Shown in pieces: positions 11,344 to 25,262 of a DNA stretch of 51,921 nt (position 1 is the stretch's first letter; each line of letters starts with the position of its first letter). The DNA comes from Girardia tigrina (lineage: Eukaryota), in NCBI GenBank assembly GCA_001938485.1, contig MQRK01207495.1, forward strand, positions 1-51,921, given 5' to 3'. A program made the position numbers and the translations under genes. The notes under the pieces were generated by a model that worked only from the letters and a program-made list of their open reading frames with translations, was not told the origin of the DNA and did not search any database.

Positions 11344-13335
11344 TAGTAATAATAATAATTATTTTATTTAATTATTTGATGATCACTAATTTATATAAGA
11401 AATCTAATTTGAAAAGATAATCTGTTTTAGAGAAATATAATAAAATATTTCAATATATTAATTATCTTTTTATATCTTTGCTATAAATATTTTTTCATCG
11501 TTGTTTAAATCCATCGCCATGGATCTTCAGAATAATAATCAAATTTAATAATTTTTATTTAATTATATTTCCATTAAATTATAATGTCTCTCATCGAAAT
11601 TTAGGAAAATAAATTGTTTAAGTTGTGTTTTAAAGATTAAAAGTTTATTTTTGTTTTATTCAAAAAACAATTTTATTTATTTTAATTTATTTTATTAATT
11701 ATTTTTATAGAATAATTTATGATTATTTAACTCCAAATATCTAAAAGTAAGGGAAATTGTTTTTTATATTTGCTTAAAAAACATCTCTTTTTTAAATCAA
11801 TATTTATCTTTTGATTTTCTGAACTTTTGTAAACCAAAACCTCAAAGTTTGTTTGATATATTAATTAAATTAATTAATTTAAAAAATAATTTAAATCATT
11901 ATTTGATTTTTTTAGTTTTTTTTAACATTTACTTATACTTTTACAATTTTTTTTGAAACTATATTTTCTGAATTTATTATTGAAATTACTGTTAATTATT
12001 ATACAATAAAAATACAATTATGTTATTTTTAAACTATGAATATATAAAATCTAATTACGAAATAGACTTAAAATATTTATTTGTAATTTGTTCCTCAAAC
12101 TGATGAAGAGAATCGTAAACCGATTAAATGAAAGAGATCTACGCAAGCATTTTGATAAAAATATTTAAAATAATTAATTTTTCATTAATAAAATTATAAT
12201 TAATTTTTGTTTTTTTCTTTGAAAAATATCACTTTGCATATTTTTAGTTCGTAAAATACACTACATGTCCAATATTAAAACAAAATTTTTATCAGAAAGT
12301 TTAGGTCTTTTAGAAATAATAATAAATATTATTACAAACTAAGATAAAAATCACTTATTATAAATTAAAATAAAAGATTTGTAATATTAGTTAAATAAAT
12401 AATATTTAGAAAATATTGTTTAACTTCTCTAATATTTTTTTATTTAAAAACAAATTTTCTTAAAATTTAAAATATAAAGTCAATTAAAAATCAAAATATT
12501 AGCATAAAATAAAACATTAAAAATAAAATTGTTAGGTAATCGAAATAAAATAATAATTAAGTTTTGATATTAAAAAAAAGAATATTATTTAAACGATTTT
12601 TTGACGGATTATGACAGTTTAAAACAAATAAATTTTAAATATTATTAAATTTATAAATACTATATTTTATTTTATATTTTTCAGGATAGTTGTTTTGTTA
12701 AAATAAATCTAATTAAAAAATAAATAAATAAAATCGTAAAATGAGAACATTTCATATTAAATTACAGAAAACAACAGGAATCTAATTTATTATTTTTTTT
12801 AATTATTCAAAATATTTCCCGTTAATTAAGAAAATATTTAATACATAAAAATGAAACTGAAATTCCTTTGAAAAATTATGATTTTTCTTTTTTTGGATAT
12901 TTTTAAATTTGTAATTAAATTTGAATAAAAGAAAAAATTTCCGATTGTGTAAGATTACTTCTTGAAGTAATTTTATGTTTTACTATTTAATCTTTATGAT
13001 TAAATTGAATTAAGACTTTTGTACTTAAATAAAATTTTAGTAATTATATTTTTATTATTTGACATACATATTATTCAAACGTTTTCAAAGAATGTATGTC
13101 TGTTATCTTTCTGTATTAATCTGCTTCATTTTCACCATTCATGCGTTTAACAAGAACATCCAATAAATATGAACTTTAATATTTTTCTCTTTAATTAGTT
13201 TTTTATATATTATACAAATGCAATAAATCATTAAAACAAAAATAATTACAACACAAATAAGATTGTGATCAAAACATATCCAACGTTAATTTTTAAAAAT
13301 ATGCTTTAATAAATATATATATATATATATATATA

Positions 13336-14402
13336 CAGTGCTTTTTTTGTAAAAAATAGGTGCCGGTACTAGGGTGAGCACATTTCTGTTCTGCCATTCA
13401 GGGATGCTATTTTTGAAGTGGACGAACGAGAGTGCCGAAGGCACTTGAGCGTGAGCGGCGAGACGCTAAGCTGCTCGCGATTAGGGGTTCTGGGGCGGAG
13501 CCTCAGTCGCCAACGCATTTTCAGGCATTTGGCTTGAAAAGGAGCTCGTTTTTGGACCATAAAAAAACTAATTTTGTCAATTGTATTTTTCAAAAAGAAA
13601 AAAAGTAAGCGAATTTTAAAAAATCATGTTTTTNNNNNNNNNNNNNNNNNNNNNNNNNNNNNNNNNNNNNNNNNNNNNNNNNATCAAGTTTTCTACCCAC
13701 GTAGAATAATTTTATTTATTGGGATTTTGTTTGTTAGTTGGAGTGAAGGAAATTCCAGGACTGCTCAAAAGTAACAGACGATCCAGAAACGCTAGGGCCC
13801 CTATCTGAATGCATTAGTTCCCACGGTTCCGTTATGGTTTCTTCTGTGACACCTTTTATCGTTATTTCTTCACTCAGTCTGATTTTTTTATTTGCCGGAA
13901 AATTGCTTGATTGCGAAGCCGAAAAGAAATCAATAATCTTCTTCATTTTTAAAGTGGGATAAATTAATTAAATATAATTTTATAAATCAATTAATTATAA
14001 ATTTTTAAATTTGCTCTTTTAATGTTTTAAATTTAAANNNNNNNNNNNNNNNNNNNNNNNNNNNNNNNNNNNNNNNNNNNNNNNNNNNNNNNNNNNNNNN
14101 NNNNNNNNNNNNNNNNNNNNNGTGTTTATAAATAATGTGGCTGCCTAAGCTCTTTTCAGGTGACGGATGCGTTTTCAATGTGGATATATAATTTTTGACG
14201 GCTAAATAACTTGCTCGGCGTTAATAACGAACACGACCTTAGTATGAGTTATAAGCAGTACGTACTAATCGGTACGATGCGATTATTATATTATACTACG
14301 GTAGACCATTTTTTTACATTAGTTTTTTAATGTGTTTAAGTGTTATAGATGCAATTTTAAAATTTCAAATTCCGATTTATCATAAAATTATTATTATGAA
14401 AT
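13336..14402 (-). mobile_element. hAT-like non-autonomous relic
   Basis: Starts with CAGTG right after a (TA)n run. GC-rich subterminal motif ggggttctggggcggagcctcagtcgccaacgcattt. Minus ORF MKKIIDFFS... resembles hAT transposase N-termini. The other end probably lies in the gap before another (TA)n run. Confidence 0.5.
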
Positions 14403-15292
14403 NNNNNNNNNNNNNNNNNNNNNNNNNNNNNNNNNNNNNNNNNNNNNNNNNNTATATATATATATATATATATATATAACATCTATTACCAGCCACAAGT
14501 GTAAACATCCTCTTTTATATTACGCTCAATGTACATGAAAAATTATTCAATTACTAAAATGTAAACCTAAATTTAAGTAACTAATCAATTAATGATTTTT
14601 AAAGGGAATTTTAATTTACTCTTCCTTCTTCAAGAACCTTTAGTTTAAGTTGGCTTCACGCCTAACCATAAACAGATTATATTGTTTTCGATTTAAGCAT
14701 ATTATGTGTTTAAAAAAGTAATTAAAAAAATAAATAAAAAAAATATAAAAAAAATATTTAAGTCCCACAAACATATTTTTATATATGTACACAAAATTAA
14801 TTTATAAAAACATAATATTTTTAATAATAAAAAACGTAATTATCGTAAATTTTCCTGTATGCTAATCTGACTTGTAAACATATGGACTTTGGGATACCTC
14901 CTCAAATAATAACTCAAAAAAGGATGTTCCATCAAATCTACCCAAATTAAATGAAATAAATTTTCTTTAAAAATATTTTTCTTTATTATTTAATAATTTC
15001 TCAAAACATTAGGATATAATTACCGTACACAGAAAAACAAAATAAGAAGAAATTATTATGTTAAACATAATATGCATTAATGTTCCCAAAACTCTGAAAG
15101 TGGTAGTTAATCGTGAAATAATCTATATATATATATAAAGAGAGAGAGAGACTGATTTAAGTACAGAATTATGAATTGGAGTATTGAAGTAACTTCTTTA
15201 AAAGTTTTCACACATAAATATTATTTCTAATGTCGTTGATATGGGTTAAATAAATAAAAATATTTATTTCAAAATTAAAATTCGAAAGCCAA

Positions 15293-15353
15293 TTGAAAAT
15301 ATTTATAAATTTCGACGGTTTAACCGTCATCGTCAGAACAAATGATTTTTCAA
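15293..15353 (-). ncRNA. Minimal hammerhead ribozyme (PLE family B, stem III variant AUUUAU)
   Basis: CUGACGA U GACGG-uuaaa-CCGUC GAAA core; bulged stem I. Confidence 0.75.
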
Positions 15354-17053
15354 ACGAAATTTACTTATATAGTGCANNNAATGATTATGCAATCAATACG
15401 TAATCAGTACATCATTTAAAAACTCTCAACAAAGTTGTAGAGAATGCAGTTTGAACGTTAATTTTAGGATCCAAAGATCTTATATATAACGCTTCACATA
15501 TCACTCTCTCCCAATAATTTTGAAATTGAGTGCACAGAATTTTAAAGTGTTGTGAATTTATATATTCTTTACAATGTCTTCTATGTCCTGCAATGTTACT
15601 TCCACCTTCATTGCTACTGTGTTCCTGGATTTTCTTACAGAGATGACGTGAAGTCTCTCCAATGTATGTGGTGTTACACCCATTACATGTATATTGGTAA
15701 ATGAGATCCGAACACAATCTCAATGGCGGTGGAGATTTATTGCCGAACATGCTTTCAATTTTCTGGGTACGGGATATTACTTTTAAACTTATTGCATTAT
15801 CTAACGCTTTCAAAATAGAATTTTTAAATATTTTAAACCCCTCTGAATACGGCACAGTTAACAAATAACCAATTCCCAAACCTTTATCATTAGTGTTGCA
15901 AGATTGCTCTTGATCTTGAACATCTAAAATTTTAGTATTACTTTTTTTGTCAATTAATTTATCAATAGTTTCCTTTGTTAATTTCTCTACTATCAATTTT
16001 GAATATCCATTATCATATAATAATTTGTTTAATTTATTTACATCCTTTATAAACTGACAACATCAAAAGATGCCATAATTTCATCAGTATTTTTAATATC
16101 AAATTTTGAAATAAAATCCACAAATTCAAAACTGTCAAGACACCCAAAACCTTTTGGAATTAAAGGTTTCAACATAATGCCGAGAAATTTTGCAATTTCA
16201 TATTGTGATGTTCTAATCATCGACAATACTGGACGCATCGGAATACCTTTTTTATGTACCTTAGGTAAACCATAAAGTTTAGCAGGTTGTGGTGCTACTG
16301 GCTTTAATTTCTTCGCAACATCTTTATTTATGTGATTATTATTAGCCAATTTTAATAATAGGGAACTCAAATATTCATCATCTTTCAATGGGGGCAATTT
16401 TCCGTTTTTTCTAATTTTTTCGATTTTCTTAAATTGAGAACCCTTTAATATTTCATTCATTTTCTTATTATAATCAAAATCATTCAATATTACTAACCCA
16501 TTTCCCTTGTCAAATTTACAAATATTTACCTTTTTTTAATTAGATTTTTTAATATTAAAAATTCTTTATTACTTAGATTTTCATTTTGTTTTAAATATTT
16601 ATTTGTACTATTAAAAAACATGTGTTTTAAATTTTCAAAATCCACGTTTTTATTTAATTTTGAAACATTCATAATTAAAAAATTAAACAATGTTTCAACC
16701 TTGGTTTGAAGTTTAAATTTATTAATTTTCTTTCTAATGACATGCTTTGGACCATACTTTAATATATTTAATTCATCATCGGTTAAATCAATGTTACTTA
16801 AGTTTAAAACGGTATTTTTAACATTAAATTTAAAAACACCAAACAATTTCCGCAAATTAGATAACTTTTTATTCTGTGCACTCAATTTAAAAATTATTGG
16901 GAGTGACATGTGAAGCGTTAAATATAAGATCTTTGGATCCTAAAATTAACGTTCAAACTGCATTCTCTACAACTTTGTTGAGAGTTTTTAAATAATGTAC
17001 TGATTACGTATTGATTGCATAATCATTAACTGCACTATATAAGTAAATTTCGT

Positions 17054-17114
17054 TTGAAAAATCATTTGTTCTGACGATGACGGTTAAACCGTCGAAATTA
17101 ATAAATATTTTCAA
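17054..17114 (+). ncRNA. Minimal hammerhead ribozyme (PLE family B)
   Basis: uugaaaaaucauuuguu CUGACGA U GACGG uuaaa CCGUC GAA AUUAAU A aauauuuucaa. Palindromic stem III; predicted cleavage 3' of 17103. Confidence 0.82.
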
Positions 17115-18264
17115 TTGGCTTTCGAATTTTGATTTTAATCATTTGCCAATTTTATTTCAATTTATTCACAATTATTTCAAAATTGTCATTTATTTTGTTA
17201 ATTCAAATTGAAAAGAATTACATTAATTGATTTACAATCAAACTTTAAAAGTATAATAATTACAAAATATCCGAATAATACTATATACAACCCAAACTCC
17301 AAAAAACGAAGGTATATCTTACGAATTTCTAGTTTACGAAACACAAAATGATTTTAACTTGCGTTAATCAAAACTAATTTCTAGAGAATAATACTTTCAC
17401 AAAAGTAATTATAAATTCTTCTAAATAGTCTCATAATAATATGAATTGTCCTTCTCATTTCTGAGAATTTTTTAATTAAATCATTTTAAGTGTGAGCAAT
17501 TGAAAATGAGTGCTTCCACTTTTCAATAATCTCAGCCTCACGTTTTGCGTTTGAGGAAGAAATTTTAAATAAAATATTTGACTAAAAGAATATTTACTAT
17601 ATTATTAGAGGTGTACATTTTATTTATATTCTTTTCATCAAAATATTCTATCTAAATAAAAAAATACTCATGGGACTTACCATATTATAGTACTCAGTCA
17701 ATGACTCTTTGAAGTTTCATCTATCGTTATTGAGTTCATTCTCATTCTTTTTATTTTATTGATGTTCAAAGTGAATTTAGAACAAAAATTATGATTTTGC
17801 ATTCCCTTCAATCCCTTGAGTGTTAGATTGTATGTGTGATGAAGTATGTACGTATGAAGATTCTATGCGTGATTAAGTCGCAACTCCAAATGATTTTATC
17901 CCACACCATTTTTAATATAAATTAGAAATCTTTAAGATGAGACTTCTCTCACTCAATGTGATTTTAAAAGCCTCTACGTTGAATCAAAAACAATTTGTAA
18001 TCCAATCAATGTCAATCAACTGTTACGACGAACAAAATTATATTCTGAAAAGAAAGTGTGTTCTCTCAACTGTATCAGCTTTGAATCTGATGGAAATTCG
18101 TATGTTTCTCCAATCATCAGGATTAAAGTTTACCTTAAACTTCTATTTTTCTATTTCTTATGTAACAAAGAATGTGCCCTGTTTTAACAATATCTATATT
18201 GATGCAGAAACCGTGTCTTTTTCGATACAAAGGAGAAAGTAAGCCTTTTTCTCGCGATAATATC

Positions 18265-18965
18265 CGTGAATTTTGGAGTCGAATGTCCATATGGATCTTT
18301 TCAATTTTGTGTTTCTTCCTAACTATGCGCGTGCATAGATTATGAAGGGCATGCAACTTCTTAATGTTCTTGTACGCAGTTCTCCAGCTTTCACAGCCAT
18401 AGCAGACTACAGAAAATATGCATGCGTTGATAATTTTCTTCTTATTCCTCATACTCAGTTTGGAGCCCTTCAGCAGTGGTCTCAGATCCTTGATCTTCTA
18501 GGTTCCTTTCTTGATTCTTTCCTTAACTTCCGCGTCTACATTTCCTGCTGAAGAGATCGTGGATCCTAGGTACCAAAAGCTAGTGACCCACTCAATACAG
18601 GCCTTAACCTGGTGCCTAGCAGTAAGGTTTCGACTATCTCCGTTTAGGTTCAAAACTTTGGTTTTACCGATGTTAATTTTGAGACATAAATCTAAAAGGA
18701 ATGCATTTAAAATGTTCAAATTATTCATCAGGTTTTCCAGTTCGTATTGATGAGGTAGAAGTCCTCCGCACAGGCTTATCTGTTGATCATAAGGAAACTT
18801 CCATCTTCATGTTTTAGCATCACTCCTACAGAGAGACCGTTCAATATTACTCTTTCACCGCCGTGTCGAATACAATATTGAACATGAGCGGCCCTAAAAC
18901 ACAACCTTGACGTACTCCTTTATCCATGTAGAAGGTTTTATCCCCTATAGAACCTTCGAATCTGT
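18265..18965 (-). mobile_element. RTE-clade LINE reverse transcriptase fragment
   Basis: KGVRQGCVLGPLMFNIVFD (~18870-18925), KINIGKTKVL, FWYLGSTIS, EVKERIKK, VVCYGCESW; frameshifted. Confidence 0.88.
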
Positions 18966-19601
18966 CATGGAAAGCTTTGATGATTTTCTTTTGATTTTAC
19001 TCACACTTTTTTACACCATTTTTTTACGGAAATTAAAATCATTATTCACACATTTTTTAAAAACTGACAGAGATCTTTTGACTAATTGAAATAAACACAT
19101 ATCACACTTTTCCCAATCAACTATTCACATTTTCAAATTCACACACATACACGCAATCATATTCAAACACACACATTCACATTCAAACAAATACACGTTC
19201 AAATTTACACACATACACCAAAACGAAATTAAACAAACTTCATTGACTCATGTGATTTGCATTTCTCTAATGAATACAAGATATTTATTATTCATTATTG
19301 AATAATTAAAAAGATGAAAACTAAAATATTAAAACCAAATTTAAAAGACCAATAAAAGAGACCTAAATCATTTATTCGTTTATTATTAATTTTTTAATTT
19401 CTTATTTTATTTAATTTAATAAATTTTTGAATTATATATTTCTTACTTTATTTTAATTATTTAATTTATTTATAATATCTTTCTTAAACTGGCAAAATGT
19501 TCGTTCAAACATTTAATTTTCCGCTTCATATACTATTAGGCAATTTTAAACTAAGAAAAATTTAAATTAATATTTTTAAATATATATATATATATATTGT
19601 T

Positions 19602-20706
19602 CTAGGTGCTTTGACCATAGGTAGTTTTCCCACAGTGGGGCTTTGACCACAGGTGGTTTGGTCGAGCAACACCTTGAAGAAAATTTATTTTCTGCTTCGT
19701 GCAGTCCATAAGCAGACCGTTAAGGAAACGCCGCATTGTTGGGTGACAACATTGTAGCAGCGACTGTAGACTGTTATACCATCCTTCGCAAATGTTGTTC
19801 GTTCGTGCTACACCATCGCCAATCGTCTGCATTTGATTCCAAGTTTCCATTGCAAATAAGGCAGGTTTGTAGTTTTCTCAACGATCACGCATGCGACGTC
19901 CTCGGATATAAGTGTGCTCGAAGTATGTCAGCATCTCGTAAATGTTATTAATTACTGGTATCGAGTCTGATAGTATTAGTTCGATTAATAGTTCGAAGGC
20001 TTCTGTAACATCTTGTACTGGTACAAGAGATAGGGCGGCAAGACAACGAACAGTGATACGCACATCTTTATTAGTTTCATATTCCACTTTCAGTCCAACC
20101 TCATGTACTTTTCGTATTATGCTTTGAGCAAGATGGAAATAGCAGCCTGTAGTACGAGCATCAGGAAATATTTCTTGAAATGCACCCATTGCTGTCATTT
20201 CAAAATCGGTGCGAATAATTGTTGGTGCTGCCCACGGAATAAGACGCACTACTTCCTGGAGTAATCGGTCGTACGTGGCACGTGTTTTATCTGGTAAAAG
20301 ACAGTATAACGCAGCTGGATTGGCGCCTTTGACAAATTGAAAATGAATAGTATAAAGCTGGAAAAATACTTTACTTTGCCCATTAAGATTATTTCAATAC
20401 TTAAATTTTTAATTAAAATATCTTTGCCATTTTTGCCAAATAATACTTTAATAAATTATAGTATATACTGAAAATTATTCCATTTAAACTTAATATAAAT
20501 TTTAAAATCATTTATATTAAGAACAATTAAAATATTAGATTCTGGCCCACGCAAGCCAAAATCATGGAATACTATACAAATATTAAAATGCTAAATTTAC
20601 AAATATTGTTGATGATGATAATATATAAAAGAAGCTTTAATCAAATTATCAAGCTGGTGACAAACCACCTATGGTCAAAACCCCTGTGGTCAAACCTCCG
20701 CGTACC
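19602..20706 (-). mobile_element. Mutator/MULE element, internally deleted
   Basis: QLYTIH, YCLLPDKT..TY, TDFE, GCYFH, RTNNICEGW motifs. Both ends carry inverted tttgacca(c/t)agg subterminal repeats. (TA)n runs on both sides. Confidence 0.9.
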
Positions 20707-20936
20707 ATATATATATATATATATATATAATTTTATTCTGACAAAAATGGTTTTTACTCTATTTTTATGCATTTCGTAAAATCGTTTTGTAAATTTTTCT
20801 CTAAAAATTAATTAAGAATTCTTAAAAGTAAATTCGTTTTAGTTTTTGAGGCTTCAACAAAAGAACAGAAATTTCTGTTGATCATATTACTTTATATATT
20901 TGAATATAATAGTTGATTTTGTTTGAAATATATATT

Positions 20937-21400
20937 TTGGGTGATAAAAAAGTAACTTCCTGTTTTAAAATGCATAAAACTTATTTCAAATACCGTAATA
21001 TGTTTCTAAACCTTTGTGAATTGGTTAGTTAATATAGGACAATTTAATCTATGCTTTTTTTCTTTTTTGATCTGTTTTTTGAATTTGTTTTAATTAATTT
21101 AAGAAAGTAATTTTAATTATTTTTTTTAATTTTATTGTTTAAAATTTCAAAATGTACAAAACTGTTTGGACATCTTACCTCCGGGGAAGGTGTTCAAGTA
21201 GCTACGCGTCACAAAATTTGGAGATCAACTTTTCACGTGCAAAGATTGTGGAGAACCATTAAGATATAACATGCTCATATTGACCAAAATACAATCAAGA
21301 AAAACTTATGACCAGTTGATCTGCGGCTGAGACCCAAAGAAGTCATCGCTTTTTAAAATCCACACACTTGGATTTTTTTAATCACTTTTCCAAATATCGA
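20937..21400 (+). mobile_element. Highly degenerate Tc1-type deletion derivative
   Basis: Terminus ggtgataaaaaagtaact...ttttaaaatgcataaaactt resembles 8720-8762. C-terminal-like frames (IDQNTIKK..YDQL..RLR..VIA). Confidence 0.4.
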
Positions 21401-21742
21401 CATAAATGTATGATGTATGAGAATTAGATCAATATTATCGTCATAAGTATCTCATGTAATTTCCTCAGTGTAACAATCAATGAATTTAAAATAATATTAG
21501 AGTTTATTCATCAAAATGTTAGATATAATCCATAGAAAAATCTGTGTATACATGGTTCATGAACCCATACTTAAAAAAATAGTTCCCTTTACGACAAATA
21601 AAAAAGAATTATGTACATTAAAAAAAGATACAAACCTAAAAAAGATATGAAGAAGTTTCTGTAAATATAAATTGAACGAAAATATAAACCAAAAATTTGT
21701 TGTCTTTTAATGAAGACTTTGTTATCACAATGCAATGGTAGT

Positions 21743-24700
21743 TATGGTGTTTCCCTCCCACCATATAATTTTTTTTAGTTATTTAATTCCCACCAAACCA
21801 GCATTTGATGATGGGTCATATAAAGACTCAGCAGACAAAATTTTATCAAATTTAAACAATATTTAGAACTTGCTCAACAAATGTTTGTTTTCGAAATACA
21901 CTTTCTGCCATTTTTTCATCAATTGTCTGCCTTGTCTGACCATATTATGTCTTCTATGGCATACTTATTGGCTCTAGTGAAAGTGTTTAGTTCTTGGGTC
22001 ATGTGACATGACAAGGGCAGACATTTTGATTGTTTATATTACTTCATTATTCATATTGATTCATTATTCAATAGTCAATAGTATTAAGTATATTATGCAA
22101 CACACTTTTTAATAAAAAGTATTTGCATTATTTTCAGATATATTTCACTTAGGCAGCGCCAGGAACTGAATTCATCCACAATGACTGCATATAATATACG
22201 TTCATCAAGTTCCATTTGGTTAGTCGGTGCTACAAATGAAACTTTTCAAACTTCTAAACTTCGATCACGTGGTGATATCTTGAAGGTTTTGTTATACTAT
22301 CACACCGATGAGGCCATTAGCTTGAAGGAAAGCATTGATAAATCTGTTTCATTATTGTTATCTATATGGGAGATGGCCAGAATTCCGACGAAGGCCCGAA
22401 ATCACGTGGTTGAACACGTCCGCATTCTGAATGGCAGTGTCTCAAGAAGAACATCAATCGCAGTTCAGCAACAAATTTGTCCAATCAAGAGAAATTCTGT
22501 GAAAGACTGGATGATCTCTTTGATATTGCTCACCGAGATGCCATGTCAACCATAAAGATTGAAGAGGACAGATTGTTTCTAGTTGCTCAGCGTGAGAAAG
22601 GACGCACAGGAAAAATGGGGGTGTAGACATAGCACATGTATTGAAGGAAGAACGAGCAATAAAACGGAAAATAGCAGCTGAAAAGTATTCATTGAAAGTA
22701 AATATAATAGGTGCAACAACAGTACCAATATTACCAATGTCACTTTTAACTCATGCCATTACTAGCGATGAGAATTCGTCACAGTCATCAGAATCAGATG
22801 CTGAACTTGAAGCTGGTCCACCCATTCCTAAAACTCCCAAGACACAGAGTCAGACAGCAAGAGGTACTGTGGATATTGTGACTCCTCAAGTTGCTGCTGC
22901 TCTTGATAGAACAAACACTAGTGACAGAAGGCTGCACATATATTTTCTGCGATGGCATCTACAGGACTACTCAAGCAAGATGTGGAAGAAGTCATTATTA
23001 GTGCCAGCGCTATCAGGCGAGCACGCATGAAGCATCGCAAGCTTTTCAGCTCGGAAGTCAAGGACACATTTGATCCAGCAGTGCCATTAATTTTACATTG
23101 GGACGGTAAGATAATGGATGACCTTACTGGTCCAGAACGAGATAAAGTTGATAGACTTTCTATTCTGGTTTTTGGGTAGGACGTGGTAAAATTGTTGTCT
23201 GTCCCTAAGCTCCAAGATGGCACAGCAGCTCCAATGGCACAAGCAATCACACAAACTAATGATGACTGGGGCTTACAAGACAGGATCAAGGGTCTCTGCT
23301 TTGACACTACTTCTTCAAACACTGGCACAAAAAATGGCACTTGCATTCAGTTGGAAGAAGAGCTAGGTCGACAGTTAGTTAATTTGGCCTGTCGTCACCA
23401 CATCTCCGAGATCATTCTTGAAAAGGTTTTCAGCATTGAAGATGTCTCAAAGTCTCCTAACATGGAGTTGTTTGGTCACTTCAAAGATTTTTGACCCCGC
23501 ATTGATCAGAAGTCATTTTGTACAACAGCTGAAGATAACAACTTGGCAAGTATAATCGCTCCTTTGAAGGATAATGTCATAAAGTTTACACTGGCTCAAC
23601 TAAATAAATTTCAACCTCGTGACGACTACTGTGAATTGCTTGAACTTTCTATCATATTTTTGGTTGGTACACCTGAACGTGGAATACGATTTCGGTATCC
23701 TGGTGCCATTCACAGGGCTCGTTGGATGGCGAGAGCAATTTATTTTATAAAGATGGGGCTATTTCGCAAGCAATACGAGCCACTACAGCCTGTCACCAGC
23801 TCTCGAAAGTCTTGCGATCTTTCATATGGCCAGAAAATAAGAAATCATCTGCAGGAAGTAAATCTGTTCATCACTAAAGTATATCTGAAATACTGGTTTG
23901 AAAGTACAGCTGCAAACTGTGCTCCACGACAAGACCTTGAACTGCTTTGTGCATTATCTGAGTACCCAAACACTGAAATTACGAAGGCTGCCACTACAGC
24001 ATTTGGGCGTCACCTTTGGTATCTATCTGAAACTCTTGTTGCTTTAGGCTTCTTTGATGATGCTGTCAGTATAGAGAAGCGCTTAATGGTATTATCACTC
24101 AAAGAAGTTGAAGGCTCAGATGAGCCTCTGAAACGAATTCAGCCATTTCAGCATCCGACTACTAAGAAACTTCACAACTTTGTTACAAAAAGAACAATCA
24201 TTTTTTTCACGATTCTTGGCCTATCACAGGAATTCCTGCACGTTGATCCAAGTGACTGGGAATTTCAACCAGAGTATCAAGAAAGCAAACGCCTTGTGCT
24301 ATCTCTCAAAGTCAACAATGATTTGGCGGAACGTGGCGTTGCATTGATTCAAGAGTTCAACTCGAGTTTGACACGCAATGAAGAACAGAAGCAGTATCTG
24401 CTTCAAGTTGTTGAGAACCATAGAAAAACATTTTCAGCACCAATCAAGTCCTCAGCAGTTGATGCCAAGCTGCAGTTATTGGCCAACAGCAAATAACGAC
24501 TTACTTTTGCATTATGCAATAAAAGCATATAAACTTTAATCTGTAGTATAGGTTAGTAATAATTGTGTCGCTCGTCTGATGCTGTCATGACTATATTACT
24601 ATATTCTTTTGTAATTCTGAACAAAGTTTTTTAAAGAAACATCTTCTTCTATTACTGGTGTATTCTGCAGTTTTTATGAATTTCTTGAGGCATAGCAGTT

Positions 24701-24857
24701 TTCGACGCAAATTTTTAAAACTTAAACAGCGTTGAGCAAGTCCTAAATATTGTTATTTTAGGCTAAAAAATTTATCAAAGCTTTTCTATAACTAGCATCA
24801 TGTAATGGAGGGTTGGAGAACACTGTCCTGATACTTTCATTTTTTAGAAGCACCCTA
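21743..24857 (+). mobile_element. hAT-superfamily (hATm-like) DNA transposon, full length, transposase pseudogene 22181-24496
   Basis: Termini tatggtgtttc / gaagcacccta. Perfect 8-bp TSD ATGGTAGT (21735-21742, 24858-24865). Subterminal inverted repeat ~21855-21878 / 24731-24754. Motifs HWDGK, FDTTSSNTG, LACRHH, PGAIHRARWM, NDLAERGV; several stops and frameshifts. Confidence 0.85.
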
Positions 24858-25218
24858 ATGGTAGTAACTCTTAAAGCAAGAAACATCCTTAAAGTGAAAC
24901 AGAAAAAAAATTTGGGAATCAAAAGTCAGTTTTATTGTTTAGAACCGTATCAAAACCTATCTGTTGAAGAGACAAATAGTTAAATTTTTAGTCTTACCAA
25001 ATATTTGTACTTTTTGTTTTCATTTTATTTTTAAAGATCTTTACAAAAGCTTTTTAAACTAATATTGACCAGGAATGATCAATATGTAACNNNNNNNNNN
25101 NNNNNNNNNNNNNNNNNNNNNNNNNNNNNNNNNNNNNNNNNNNNNNNNNNNNNNNNNNNNNNNNNNNNNNNNNNNNNNNNNNNNNNNNNNNNNNNNNNNN
25201 NNNNNNNNNNNNNNNNNN

Positions 25219-25262
<44 letters not shown>

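Larger units (their letters stand above)
15270..17168 (-). mobile_element. Penelope-like retroelement, RT core deleted, with inverted copy of its 3' end at 16910-17168
   Basis: VLNLSN..LKYGPK, KFDKGNG, LYGLPKVHK..PMRPV, SFDVVSL, then a jump to the GIY-YIG domain (LIYQYTCNGC..YIGETSRHL..EH..EALYI..PKINVQ). 16910-17135 is the reverse complement of ~15270-15496. Confidence 0.95.

Noticed and set aside
12095-12145. CUGAUGA...GAAA hammerhead-like motif
   Set aside because: No G-C pair closing stem II next to the core, and no convincing stem I.
18083-18124. Hairpin containing CUGAUGA and GAAA on the minus strand
   Set aside because: No stem II is possible; simple imperfect inverted repeat.
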